From positions 4,340,001-4,404,000 of the forward strand of contig NC_134031.1 of the NCBI RefSeq assembly GCF_964204645.1: a stretch of 64,000 nt of DNA, in the 5' to 3' direction. Origin of the DNA: Tubulanus polymorphus. Taxonomy: Eukaryota; Animalia; Nemertea. Both the position numbers and the translations under genes were made by a program. Shown here in pieces: positions 52,607-64,000 of this stretch. How positions within the stretch are numbered: position 1 is the stretch's first letter; every line of letters begins with the position of its first letter. Under the pieces are notes generated by a model. It saw only the letters and a list, made by a program, of their open reading frames with translations, did no database searches and was not told where the DNA came from.

Positions 52607-55132
52607 AAAGCCGCCCGAAAACCCTTCACTACTACATACGCGCGCGACTCTTCACGATAAATAATGCCGCCGATTTTTGAGACGCACAAATGACTCTATT
52701 ACAGGAAACTGTCGTGAATGTGTGTCGACCTCCTAGAGACCGCCGGATAAATATTAGATCCATGAATAAACCAATAAAGATATCAACATCTATGAAAAGC
52801 AACATATAGCCTACCAATAACCATATACAGGCGATGATAGACTACGACGGGCCGTTCCAGTTCGAAGGAATTATGAAAAGTTGCTGAACGAGAACCATTT
52901 TCTTTCAATGAGTGACCAAAAAAGGTCCCTGGGAGAAACGACCCTAAAACAGGATCGATCAGTTTTGCGAGGAAACTGGGCCCCTAATGATACCCAAAAA
53001 GTAGCAAATGAGATCCTCCATTGGGCCGAAATCTGAATTTGGTAAATAAAAATAGTAGCAAAACTGGATGACCTGAGATTAGAAAAAAACACCTTTAAAT
53101 CGTGAATAAAACCATCCTTATTTCCGGTGATATGGCTAATTTTGTATGTAAATTCACACAAACATGAAATCTCTGTATTTCTGGGCAACAGCATTTCTAT
53201 CCTCGAAATTATTATTATTAATATACCACGTTGCAGGGGGCTTTTAACAATTCGGGAAGAATTCAGCCAATTACCCGACCGTTATATAGAAGCATAAAAA
53301 CATAAAAAAGAAAAACCATTAAAACCAACGGTAACTGCAATAGACCTTAGATCAGTTTGTATGCGGGTATTGAAATGCTATATAAGGGTATGATAATACT
53401 TGTATCCTAGCAGTAGCTAGTTTTATAGGCCCCCCGTGCACTTATGGACACGTGGCTATAGACAAAACCAAACCTAGTTCTATTTACACAATGTATGAAA
53501 AACCCCGCAGTCCCTAGACAATCTGTGTTATGTTTATACATGTATAAAAATACATGACAATGACACGCTAACATCTGCCCCACTACAACAGCAACGGGTC
53601 ATTATGATATGCTGAAATGCAGTTATGATACGCACTGGGAAAAATAGATGAAAATTTCAATGTTGCCATTCGCAATAATGCATAACAAAGCTTCATTTGA
53701 AATCCGTCGAAAATTCGACGCAGGGGTGGATTTAGGGGCTGGCCTCTGGAGTCCGGACCCCTGCCTTATAATTGAAGTTGCCCTTTTTGCCAAGTTCAAG
53801 ATCATCAAAACCTGCTACTTTTTCACTCATCTTTTTTTCAGAAATTTCATACTTTCGAACGTGTTTCTTCTAATATATCTAATAACGTTGGTGGGACTCC
53901 TCTCTAGTAGCCGCTTTATTTGAAAAAATGCCTTCTCTTTTCTTTTCTAGATCCGCCCCTCCAATGGAGATTCTCTTACAAATCTATACTCGAAATGGTT
54001 TCCGCTTTTCAGCAGGAATCTTTGCCAGTTGACTTCCGAATGATACTATTCCATCGGAGTCATCGGAGTCATCGAATATTTGATGATCTTATCTATCCCG
54101 ATCGACTATATCTCTTTCATAAACGATCAGGACATTTCTCAACGCGGCATATCACCAATACAAGACCTCGGCTTGACGCGAAGATTTCCGAGCGATTTTC
54201 TCACATGGGGCAAAAGGCAGAGGAGATCAATTGATTCGGTGCTAATGAATGTCAGACATGAAAGCTCTATCGCATGACAGAAAGAAGTCGAATTTCCTCG
54301 ACTCCGAAGTTGATAGCAACTGGTTCCGGATAGTTGACATTGACGATGAAGTCAGGTTAAGCCTCGATTATGGTTATATTGTAACTGATCTAATACATTA
54401 AAACTGATTTCAAGAATTATCATTTCTTAGATGTGGAAACTGTCCCTTTTATTCTTTTCATTCAGTGCGATTTGATTCACAAATCTACCACAGCTTCCAA
54501 GAGCATTAACAGGGTATAAAGATTTAGAAATCGGAAATCGAATAGTCATAGCAGAATCAAAAAGTCAGTTGAATAAACAGTTTAGGAAATCGACTGATTA
54601 GGGTTAATTTTGTTGGCTGCTTGATTTAATACACCCAGATTTGGATAAAAACTATCATAAAAGATTTAAGATTGTAGTCCTTATTGTACGTTGTGAAATT
54701 TGTGCTCTTTTACCGAGCGTAAAAGATTAGTAAGTGTGCAGAAAGTTTTTCTCGTAGTTTTTTTTAGACTCAGGTTGAGACCACGGAACGAAGCCCCGAA
54801 ATTGTGATATGACAAAACGAACGCGATTTCAATCGAAACATCACGAGCTGCGCAACTTTTACCAGCTGGGAAGTGATATCGCTAGACGTTCCAATAATAA
54901 CCCGTCATATAGGATAGCTCGTACTCTAGATCGGGACGCGTTCTCTATCATTCTACTCAACGAAGCTGAAACTGATCCGTACAGAGATGGACGGACATCG
55001 AGGACGGCGACGACCGCCGGAACTGTCACGAGAATCGATGATAAAATCGATGCACTGACAAATGATACGAACGTCAACGAGGTTATCATTCGAAACCGCG
55101 ATACTTACACGTACAGTAAAACCGTGCGCGCA

Positions 55133-55304
55133 TAACAAAAAAAAAAAATTCTGTTAACTCGACCTGTTTGTTCTTCGATTTCAAAATCAAACCCCCTGTT
55201 TCGCTCCCGGCAGGTGTGGTGGGTCTGTATGGGACACTCAATCAAAAAATCAAACGAAATTTACCAGCCAAATAGATAACAGGGAAATTCCCTATTGTAA
55301 GATC
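55133..55304 (+). mobile_element. 5'-truncated SINE/retro-like insertion with a 15-bp TSD (AAAACCGTGCGCGCA)
   Basis: TSD at 55118-55132 and 55305-55319; family copies at about 50280-50530, 22650-22760 and 57050-57260 (reverse). Confidence 0.75.
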
Positions 55305-55915
55305 AAAACCGTGCGCGCAGGGACTAGAGACTTTGCCACTAAGAACCCATATTGTTAACACTTACAACATTGATATCGCGCACTAAGCATTGAAATTTTT
55401 TTGTTGATGAGAATATTTTTTGTGGACAAAAAAGACATCTTTCTTTTCTATGATAAGGCATCATAAGATGAGTCTAGAAAATAAAAAATTTTGAGACCTA
55501 CATAAGGTCAGCTTACTCGCTGTAGGCACACAATTACCTTCAAGGTTTTTACCAGTCTTAACTGATGCCTGGACAAATATTGGGCCATTGTTGAAAGATA
55601 TGAAGTCCCAACTTAAAAATGTATTTGATGTCTTTCAGTTTAACATGTTCAGACAGGAAGAAATGGTTCAAAAACTGTAATAGACAATTAGTGCTGATCC
55701 TGTCTTTAAAATATGTTATAACGCACAGATGTTTCTGGTTTTTAAAAATTTTCTGTAAGAGGACCCCCAACCTTCGACACTGGTTGCTGACAAACAGCAT
55801 AAGCCCTTGAACTTTTTTCCTGATGTCTAACCAACGGAAAAATGAAGAATAGTCATTGAGATAGGATTTGAACCAGATAGCATCGAGAGACACTGCCACG
55901 GTAAGAACCCCTTAA

Positions 55916-56203
55916 CCCTTTCAGTGCGTCTACACCGCAGTGCGGTGTACGAATCAGTGATGGATTTTGCTAGTGCACCGCACTGCGGTGTATTGATTTA
56001 ATTAGTAATTACTAATTATCTCTCATGAAAGATGGCAGCCCCTGTCAAACATAGTGAAATATTAGTAACTAATGATATACCGCGCCAGGGTGTAGACACA
56101 CTATAGTGCTTTTCCCGTTATTCAATACACTAGGGTGGAATTTTTCAGAATTTTCAAATTATCTTCAGCACTATAGGGTATTAATTAGTCAGCACTGAAA
56201 GGG
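55916..56203. mobile_element. piggyBac-type MITE
   Basis: TTAA TSDs, TIR CCCTTTCAGTGC. Confidence 0.9.
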
Positions 56204-56560
56204 TTAAACCCTGTAGAGTCACTCCGGTTACTTCAATTATTACGATCTTCATCCGCCCTCAATCGCAGGGATCGCAACACGACGGCATCAAGACACAGAA
56301 TCCGAAACCTGCTCAATGTATAATGATAAATTACACGGGATCACTGACTAAATCCAGACGACCGCTTATTACAGCCGTACGATTTCCTCAGTGGATCTAA
56401 CCATCCTCAATCACTCGATCCTGACTCAGCAACGTCGACCAGTTACAAAACCCGGCGATTCAACTGGAATTAAACCGACTAAATGCTGCCGGACACTTCT
56501 TCATTAGCTGAAAAAAAAAATCCAGTACAAGATCGAAAAGAAAAAGATCGTCGAACTTAC

Positions 56561-56705
56561 CACCGGCTGCGAGCGGCGAATAGATTAACATGGCTTCGGC
56601 GATCGCCTCCATATTCTCGTAGCCCCATCGTTGATCGAAGGCCTCTTTACCGTCGTCCAATCTTATACGCGGCAGACTACAGGACGGACGGTGTTCATCG
56701 GCGGC
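56561..56705 (-). CDS. RASAL2: RasGAP exon 3 (AADEHRPSCSLPRIRLDDGKEAFDQRWGYENMEAIAEAMLIYSPLAAG)
   Basis: Acceptor tttcgtttctag, donor G|gtaagt, phase 0 to 1, open frame. Confidence 0.8.
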
Positions 56706-57341
56706 CTAGAAACGAAAATATCATCATCGCCTGTATTCGTTTATATTCATGAGACGACGGTCAGAGGGGACGTCGTCGTCGTCTGCTATGCATTTAAAAA
56801 GGCGTAGATCAGAGAGAAACCGGGGAAAATGGTTTCGAGAAAATTTGCACGAACGGATAATCTGTATTAATACAGCAAGCATTTTTGCCCTGCATTTCGC
56901 AAACCTAATAACCATTGATGAAACACTATATCCGCCTTGTGACTATATATAGAGAATCACACACTGACATAACGAAAAAGCTTCCTATAAGCTATCGATT
57001 GGTGGATTATCAATCTTTTCTAACCTTAAAAAAGGTTTTGTTTGACCCTTAATTGGTAGATTTTGTCTGATATGTTTTAATTCGGTTGTCTCTTACAAAC
57101 CCACCACACCTGCAGGGGGTGAAACAGGGCGTTTTATTTTGAAATCAGATATTGAAGTATGGATATAGCTGTATGTGATAGGCGTTCGGATTTACAGAAC
57201 TTAATCGAAGTACATAATTGGAAATTTCGGTTCCAGTTCTTTCAAACAATCTTCCAACCAATTGAAAGATTGTTCTTCAGTTTGTTCGTCAGATTTTTCT
57301 GAAGTTGGTTCAGAACAATCTTCTGAACCAACGGTTATGGG

Positions 57342-57370
57342 AAAATATGGAACACTTCACGAATTTGCGT
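57342..57370 (-). pseudogene. U6 snRNA 3'-terminal fragment
   Basis: ACGCAAATTCGTGAAGTGTTCCATATTTT matches the conserved U6 3' end at 28 of 29 positions; the mismatch is CpG to TpG. Confidence 0.75.
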
Positions 57371-57611
57371 TAGGATTTGATTGATCTTTCTCGTTGTATA
57401 AGTGTGGGATTCTCTATATTTTGAAGCCTATTTTTGGATTTCTAAATGGCGAATCGAACTGGCTTTAAAAAGAAGACAGTTCCCCATATACGGAGGGCCC
57501 ACCCTTAGTACGGATAGTAGGACTTAACGAAATCCTAAAATAACACGCCATGAAATGCAGCGAGGGTGAGATCGTCGAAGAATATTATTATAACTGCGAA
57601 AGATAAATCAC

Positions 57612-57739
57612 CTTCTCCATTCTGTATCGAGTATTGAAGGCTCGTTCATCTTGCCATAAAACGCAGAAATGCGGCTCCCAAATCGTTACTGGCGTTTTAC
57701 CGTCGTCGAATAAATCCTTAGCAACGGCTGGATCAACAT
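57612..57739 (-). CDS. RASAL2: RasGAP exon 2 (DVDPAVAKDLFDDGKTPVTIWEPHFCVLWQDERAFNTRYRMEK; PH beta2-3)
   Basis: Acceptor ttttctatag, donor AAG|gtgatt, phase 1 to 0; WxPxFCVL PH strand. Confidence 0.87.
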
Positions 57740-60700
57740 CTATAGAAAAGAGAAAAAAACAAGAAATAAATCAACACTTCGTTGCCGTATCTAATTTCGC
57801 TTTTTTTCTTAAGTTGGTTTGGGCCAAATTTGTCCGTGCCCAAATAGGCACGGGCCCATTTGGCACCCGTGTGAACAGTTGTTCAGGGCCAAAAATACTC
57901 GTGCGACCGCGTGTGAATTCTCAAAACTCACGATTTATACAAAAAGATTTATAAAAAGAAAGATGTTGATTTCTTACAAGAGGAATACGAAAGAACTAAA
58001 CGCTAAAAACATTTAGCTCGAAGAAGATCAGACAATAAATCGCGGATAATTTAACTTCAGTAGAAACTGTTTCTCCGTGTAAGTGAAATCTACCTATAAG
58101 ATTTCATGGCACTTATCATACACATGTATGTATAACATGATATGTATTACTTGGTATATGACTGTTATGTATACAGGTGTTAAGGGTAAACTCTTCCCTG
58201 CCAATCTCTCCCCCTCCCCTCCCCCCTTCGAGTGAAACCGCTCGCCATTTGTAATTTTCAATCAACAGTTAACGAACCCTACTCTACTACCGGAACCTTA
58301 CTCTACTACTGGTAGAACCTAAACGTTGATCGATCTGGAAATGCAGGGGGAAATGTGTCTAGAAAGCTCCGTTCATAAAAAGGACACAAATAATACTCCA
58401 CTTAAACAGAACTGATTCCAGACTGATTATCTTTCTAGATTTGAGATAAATCAAACTATCTGAAGTATTTCACGGTATACGTCGATTTTTAACCGCAGTG
58501 AATCTGTCGATAATAGTTCCCCCTGAAAGTCAAGCGATTAAAAGATATCTAATCGTCTTCGGTATAAAACATCGAGGCAGCTGGAATTTCCATCTAAACA
58601 AACTAAGTGAACTTTCAAATAACTACATCATTACATGCATTAGTCCGTCTATTATGAAGACAAGATACAATGAAAGCAATAGAAGGGTCCATACAGATCG
58701 GTCATTCCTGGATATAAGGAGTTTTCAAATTTCAAGGAAGCGTCTGCATCTCTGGTGGTTTTGTAAGCGAATTCCTATCCTTTCAGTATGAATCCAGGTC
58801 CCAACTGTAGCGACTTAGGTAATATATAACTTGTACTATGTTACTATATAACATCTTAAATTTCCAATTGTACTTATTGGCTATTTCTCAAAATTGAAGG
58901 ATTTTGAAAGGACATGCTGGCGTTTCGTTCAAATTAAAGGAGTTTCAAGCACTTTCATAAGTATTTTTCATCTAGAAGGAGTTTTCTATTTTTCTATTTC
59001 CATTTTTTATGGAATCGAGGAGTCTTAGTCTAATGAAATAGGCCCTAATAATGAATTTCTTAGATAAGCATTGAATTGTTCGGACAACCTCAACATGCAG
59101 GACAACCAGTACTGATTCTGATACAACCAGTACTGATTCTGATGTCATCCTGCAGGAAAACCAGTAACTGATTATGATATCATCATGCAGGACAACCAGT
59201 ACTGATTCTGACCTGCTCTTTCCATTCGTTTTAACGAAATTTTGAATCAAATAGCATCACATCGTGTAAGAGTTCCGCGTTATCAAACTTCAGCCCCCGT
59301 AGAACGGCGCCTGAATAGTTTAATAATATCGGCAGTAGATTAAAATCCATCGATCATGAATAATTAACAAAACTGTGCGTTCTATTTCAGAGATATAGGT
59401 TTAAGTAGACGGGCATCGGAATTATTGGAAAATCATTAATTATAAAACACAGCTCCAACCAATAACGGAAAAACACTGCGCGAGAGGGAGAGAATGCCCG
59501 TGTGGGAGTAATGTGCAGATTTGAAAAAAAAGCAATAATTGCCGAATGTTTTATCGAATTCCGGTATAACATGCTACAACAGGACCCTGGATTGGAATTA
59601 AGCCTCTAATGTACTTCGGTACTGAAAATATCCATGAATACAACATAAACCGAGCCATTTAATTTGTTTATAATACAATCTATTAGATGAAACACTTTTA
59701 CAGTTATAGTCCTCATATGGTATACAGTAAGATAAGTTAGTTGCTTCCGATAATATATGGTTGTTGACCTCAGTTAATCTCCCTTGCATGGCCTGAAATA
59801 AGCCATCTTGAAATGATACATCGTCTGAATATAGCAGGAAAAGCACAAGATCATTGGTAAATATAAGAATTCTGAGTGGAGACACCCGACGAGACTGTGC
59901 GATATGGCGACAAACTTGTCACAACGTGACAAATGGCGATGAAAAGCATGAAGTGAAAGCTTGAAGTAATCAGACTGAATGATTACTCCAAGGTGAAAGT
60001 AACCTAGGTCTTGATGATAGTCACTGTCAATACAGTATCGCAATACACTGTCAGTGTGAATGAGTGAAATCAGGATCTGGAAGAAGGACAAAGATCTTCC
60101 TTGGACTTTGAATATCCTTTATCCTTTAGTCATGTCCGTGTTAACTACCAGCATTTTTAAAATATGACAAAATTGCATTGGTCAATGGACTACATGCATA
60201 AGCACAGGGTTGCATTCACATATTGCATTGAAAAAAAGACAGAACTTCAGAATTGAAGGGGGATTGTAAAGATGTGAGGGGAAAGTTCAGAATGTAAGGG
60301 TATTTAACCACTTAAATTTTATTTCCTGAATTTAAAGGTATTCAAGGAATTTAAGGACACGTAGGATAGGCCTACCTGTTTCATCAACTATCCAACTATC
60401 CCCCTCAATATTCTTAACGCATCTTTGTTCGAATGCTAGGAGGACCTAAAGCCGATGTGACATTTTTACTGGCCGACAAAAAATGAGATAAAATACTTCC
60501 TTTTTTATAGGTCGCCACATCAACTACATGTAGGACATAAAACCACTGACGAGAAAGTGAAAACGAGGTCAGAGCGACATCAATTTTAGATATCTGCTGC
60601 CGGGTATTTTGGTACATTGCATTTGAATTCAATAGGCACGACTATCAAATTAGCAAATCGGACAATACACTAGAACTCATAATAAAAGACCGTCCAAAAT

Positions 60701-62063
60701 TAAGCTCTATTGAAATCGAAGATTGAAAGGGGTTCATTTCCTGCTGGCTAGAACTTGTCCAAATAACAAGAGCTCGAATCAAAAATAAAAGGCAGTTGCG
60801 CAGGCATGATTCGAATGAAGTTCATTTCGATCAGCATTTTACCGATACACCTCGTGTGTTTCTAGTTTAAAGTGACACTTCGTGTTAATTAATATGTCAG
60901 TGTTTACATCGATTATTATATTACTACTGACCTAATAATAGTGTAACAGTATAGGTGACACTAACGAAATACATAGATAGGCCTATACATAATTGGCCTG
61001 AACTAAGTAGAATAGATATATTTGCAAAGCAGCTTTACTCATTAGGCTGTATTTGAACTAATTACAGTTTAAACGAATCATAGTATCTCGTGTACAGATA
61101 AATAGAAGCCTCTGTAGCGGACTGCGTAAGCACCGGGATAATCTATTCAATATGTATTGCATATATACAGGCTATGTTTATGCTGTCTGTATAAGCATAA
61201 AAATTTTGGCTAGGATGATCTATTTAATGAGTGACCTAATCAATGATGTTAAGCATTGCTAATCGAAATAGGATTCAGTTATACCCGGTTTGTAAAATAC
61301 CTGATCGTGAAACAATAGCTAGTCTAGTATATAGCCATTGTTCCTGAAGGGGTAATCCATAAGATTGGGCGCTATTCTAGACTATAGACCAACACGATTA
61401 ACTAGGCCTCTCGCCTACCATAACCATTGATGAAACACTCTGTGCTTGTTGCGACGATAATAAAGAAAATCCAACACTTCGAAAAGAAAAATAAAGATGA
61501 CTGAAGAGTGTACTTGAACATGACTATTATGATAAGGTCAAAACATTTAATAGACTACTAGGGAACATTTTTGACATTATTTTTCATCCTAAGTGTGGGA
61601 TTTTCTATAGGTATTCTCCTCAACCTACCACCGTGACTTTGTTATTAATCAGTAATTTTATTAGGCTAACCCGGCAAATACACATAGGCTAACAGTATTA
61701 CGACACTTAGTCCTATTTCAATGTTTGACTGTATGTAGTCAAAATGAGTATGTTCAACTCAAAGTAAGGTACATTGTTTAAACCTAAGACACCCTGCACT
61801 GGGCCGCAGTAGCCGTAGGACTGACTGGCCACTCGTCTCATCAACTCACTGTGCCTCAACCTCAAGAATAACCAACTAAGTTAAGTTCACATCAGTCTTT
61901 TCTAGCTGTAATTTATCATTACTTAAAATAAACAAAATTTCACAACTTGACAGTTTCGACTTGACAGTTCACATTTTTCTTTTTCGTGAACTGAGCCCCG
62001 AACAAAAAAAACTGAACAGTATTAACTCAGACTATGTTTCTGGAAGTAAGTCAACAAACTCAC

Positions 62064-62145
62064 CCCAAACATTCAGCCAGCCTTCAATTCTAGCGGGAAA
62101 AACTGCATCTCTGGCGTTTTTTTCTTGAGATTGTAATTCCTCCAT
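62064..62145 (-). CDS. RASAL2: RasGAP first coding exon (MEELQSQEKNARDAVFPARIEGWLNVW; PH beta1)
   Basis: ATG, 27 codons + 1 nt, donor G|gtgagt; EGWL is a typical PH-domain start; phase 1 fits the next exon. Confidence 0.85.
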
Positions 62146-62229
62146 TTTATATGTGAGTTAAATTCATAATCCAGTACTCCATAGAGAGCGATAAAACATT
62201 TAAAACGATGGAATAGCAGACACTTGTCA

Positions 62230-62325
62230 CATCGTGGACGCCATGTTTAATTGTTCTATAAATAGAGCGGTAACAACGGCTGTGATTGGTCAATAGTTTT
62301 ACACCGGTAGATGGCAGCACAGTAT
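62230..62325 (-). promoter_or_regulatory. Probable distal promoter of the RasGAP gene: YY1-like AAACATGGCG (62239-62248), CCAAT (62285-62289), CTCF-like CCGGTAGATGGCAGCA (62304-62319)
   Basis: Motif cluster in the ~800 bp gap between the ACBD6 stop and the RasGAP ATG; motif matches only. Confidence 0.5.
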
Positions 62326-62950
62326 GGGTTTTCACAGGTGTCGGTATTACTCCGGTCCAATTAGGAACACTTTCGTTTCAGGAATTTGTCCCTCGATCAT
62401 TCTTGGAAGATGACTAAGTAGTCACCAGTTCTACGGTTTTGCCATACCCCTTGTAAAAAGTCAAATTCCTTGGCAATCATTTCCAGACATGATCTTACCA
62501 CTCAGTCTATTTTTTTGTCTGGAATCGATTTTTGTTGGATTCTAACACATATACCTCAATTTAGTTTAAATACTACCCAGTGAAACTGTGCATCTTTTTT
62601 ATATCGATTTTACACTGTTAAAAGATCGCCAAAAAGTCCTCATTTTCTCATGTTGAAAATATCAGCCGTTTTTTAAAAAGCCCTATGTGTTCAAAAGATG
62701 AAGCGAAATATCCCGAAAAGATGAAGCGAAATATCCCGAAAAGACAAAATAAATACACTTTAGACTCAACAACACAGATTTTTTAATAACAACTGATTAA
62801 ACTCTATTACGATATAAAACAGAATTTATGACCTGACAAAACTGACATTTTTCGGATCTGCATATAGATGGCATACGTCGTAGGCCTACAACAATGGCAA
62901 CACTGAGTCCATCTGATTAAACCAAAATCTCGTAGAACAAAATTTCTCAT

Positions 62951-63124
62951 TCATCTCTGTATATCAAACAGCGCTTTAATTTTTTCATTGTCCGTTGTAT
63001 CCATAGCGGTCAAACCCTCCGCATCTTTAATTGTGATGTCCGCACCCTCTGACAATAACAGCTCGGTAACATCCGAGTGATCACAAGAACAGGCGTAATG
63101 TAATCCAGTTTGTCCATCAGAATC
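62951..63124 (-). CDS. ACBD6: ACBD6 last exon, ankyrin repeat 2 (DSDGQTGLHYACSCDH...FDIQR*)
   Basis: GQTxLHYA ankyrin motif; TGA stop. Confidence 0.92.
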   Translation of the reverse strand, partial: DSDGQTGLHYACSCDHSDVTELLLSEGADITIKDAEGLTAMDTTDNEKIKALFDIQR

Positions 63125-63549
63125 CTGGAAGAAATATTCACAGCAGTCTTGTATGCAGTGTTGGAAGTTTCTTTTAAGGAAATCAAGTAAAAAGATAATG
63201 GAGGAAAATACATGGGTGGATCTAGGATTCTTCGAAGACAGTGCATGCACGAAAATTGGTGTGTACCTCTAGTTGCCCTCCCACAGGAAAATTAGGACAA
63301 AAAGGGGCTTTTCTGACCCTCATCGGGACCCTTTGGATTTATTATGTTTGTTTAAAAATTTTTTTTACAAAATAATTTTTCCAGACTTTTTGTAGGGCAC
63401 ATTCAAATTTTGAATCTTAAATTCGCCGTTGAAATGTTGGTGAAGTAAATCGTTTTTCAAAAACCCGAGATGCAAAAGATTTGTTAAATGTCAATTTCGG
63501 AAATGGCAAAGAAATTGAGAAATGTCAAAAATGTTTAGATTAGGCCTAC

Positions 63550-63639
63550 CTGCAGGTTGATATCAGCATTACATTTCAATAGTAACCTAACCATATCAAT
63601 ACAACCACGATCACACGCCCAATGAATTAAACCTAATCC
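63550..63639 (-). CDS. ACBD6: ACBD6 ankyrin repeat 1 exon (GLGLIHWACDRGCIDMVRLLLKCNADINLQ)
   Basis: HWACDRG motif typical of ACBD6; 90-nt phase 0-0 exon. Confidence 0.93.
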
Positions 63640-63738
63640 CTGAAAATAGATTTCGCATTCAGTACTGCCTCCTTGCGTACAAGTGTCCATTTTTTAATGG
63701 GCCATCATTTAAAAATTTGAATCAAGCCAAAAACTCAC

Positions 63739-63909
63739 ATCATCTCCTTTAATATTTATTGTTTCAGCTTTTAGATTTCGTTCTACGTTTTCCACATTGC
63801 CCTCAATGCACCAGTCGAAGATTGTTTTGTTCTCTGGTGCGACTTCTGCCTCTTCCCGATACAGCGTGCTGACGCCGATACCAAATCCAACCTTACAATC
63901 ACCACTGCT
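63739..63909 (-). CDS. ACBD6: ACBD6 internal exon (GFGIGVSTLYREE...KTIFDWCIEGNVENV...KGDD)
   Basis: Resembles the human ACBD6 linker GFGGPVISSLY...KNIFDYC; donor gtgagt. Confidence 0.88.
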
Positions 63910-64000
63910 CTAGATAATGACAAGACTCTGAAATCGTTACTAATTACTCCACTTTTGGGACATCTGTCGATTTAAAAAAATGTTCTAAAATTGAAGGGTT

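Larger units (their letters stand above)
180..62145 (-). other. RASAL2: Gene span: Ras GTPase-activating protein of the RASAL2 (nGAP)/DAB2IP/SynGAP/raskol family; 3' end lies outside the window
   Basis: About 18 GT-AG exons join in frame and give PH (split), C2, RasGAP and C-terminal coiled-coil regions. Probably a single invertebrate co-orthologue of the vertebrate paralogues. Confidence 0.93.

Noticed and set aside
52421-52664. Poly-Met, poly-Ile and poly-His ORFs
   Set aside because: They come from the (CAT)n microsatellite.
54859-55089. ORF with a hydrophobic N-terminus (MITSLTFVSF...)
   Set aside because: It has only a weak phase-2 donor, no recognisable homology, and lies next to a retro-insertion.

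Overview
This is eukaryotic (invertebrate-type) genomic DNA, and almost the whole window is one minus-strand, multi-exon gene of the RASAL2/DAB2IP/SynGAP (Drosophila raskol) RasGAP family. I assembled it by hand from GT-AG splice sites with matching phases. The first ATG is at 62145, followed by a split PH domain, C2, RasGAP (FRGNS arginine finger, FLR motif), a Ser-rich linker and a coiled coil; the gene runs off the left edge after position 180. Directly upstream, on the same strand, are the last three coding exons of ACBD6 (ankyrin repeats, stop at 62951). The most striking structure is the ~43.5 kb intron at 13052-56560. It holds a series of ATG-initiated exons (about 6 good and 2-3 weak candidates) that all end in phase-1 donors compatible with one shared acceptor exon (DTSYEK, 13051). 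This looks like a variable-first-exon (multi-promoter) array that swaps the N-terminal half of the PH domain for distinct leaders: a Tyr-motif/SH2-docking type, an RRxS-rich type, an MG/Cys type and a polybasic type. The introns also hold many MITE families, degenerate Penelope-type hammerhead ribozyme motifs (including a tandem array), a U6 snRNA 3' fragment and a ~920 bp pure polypyrimidine tract. Most short ORFs in the supplied track are spurious. All splice models are inferred from sequence only.
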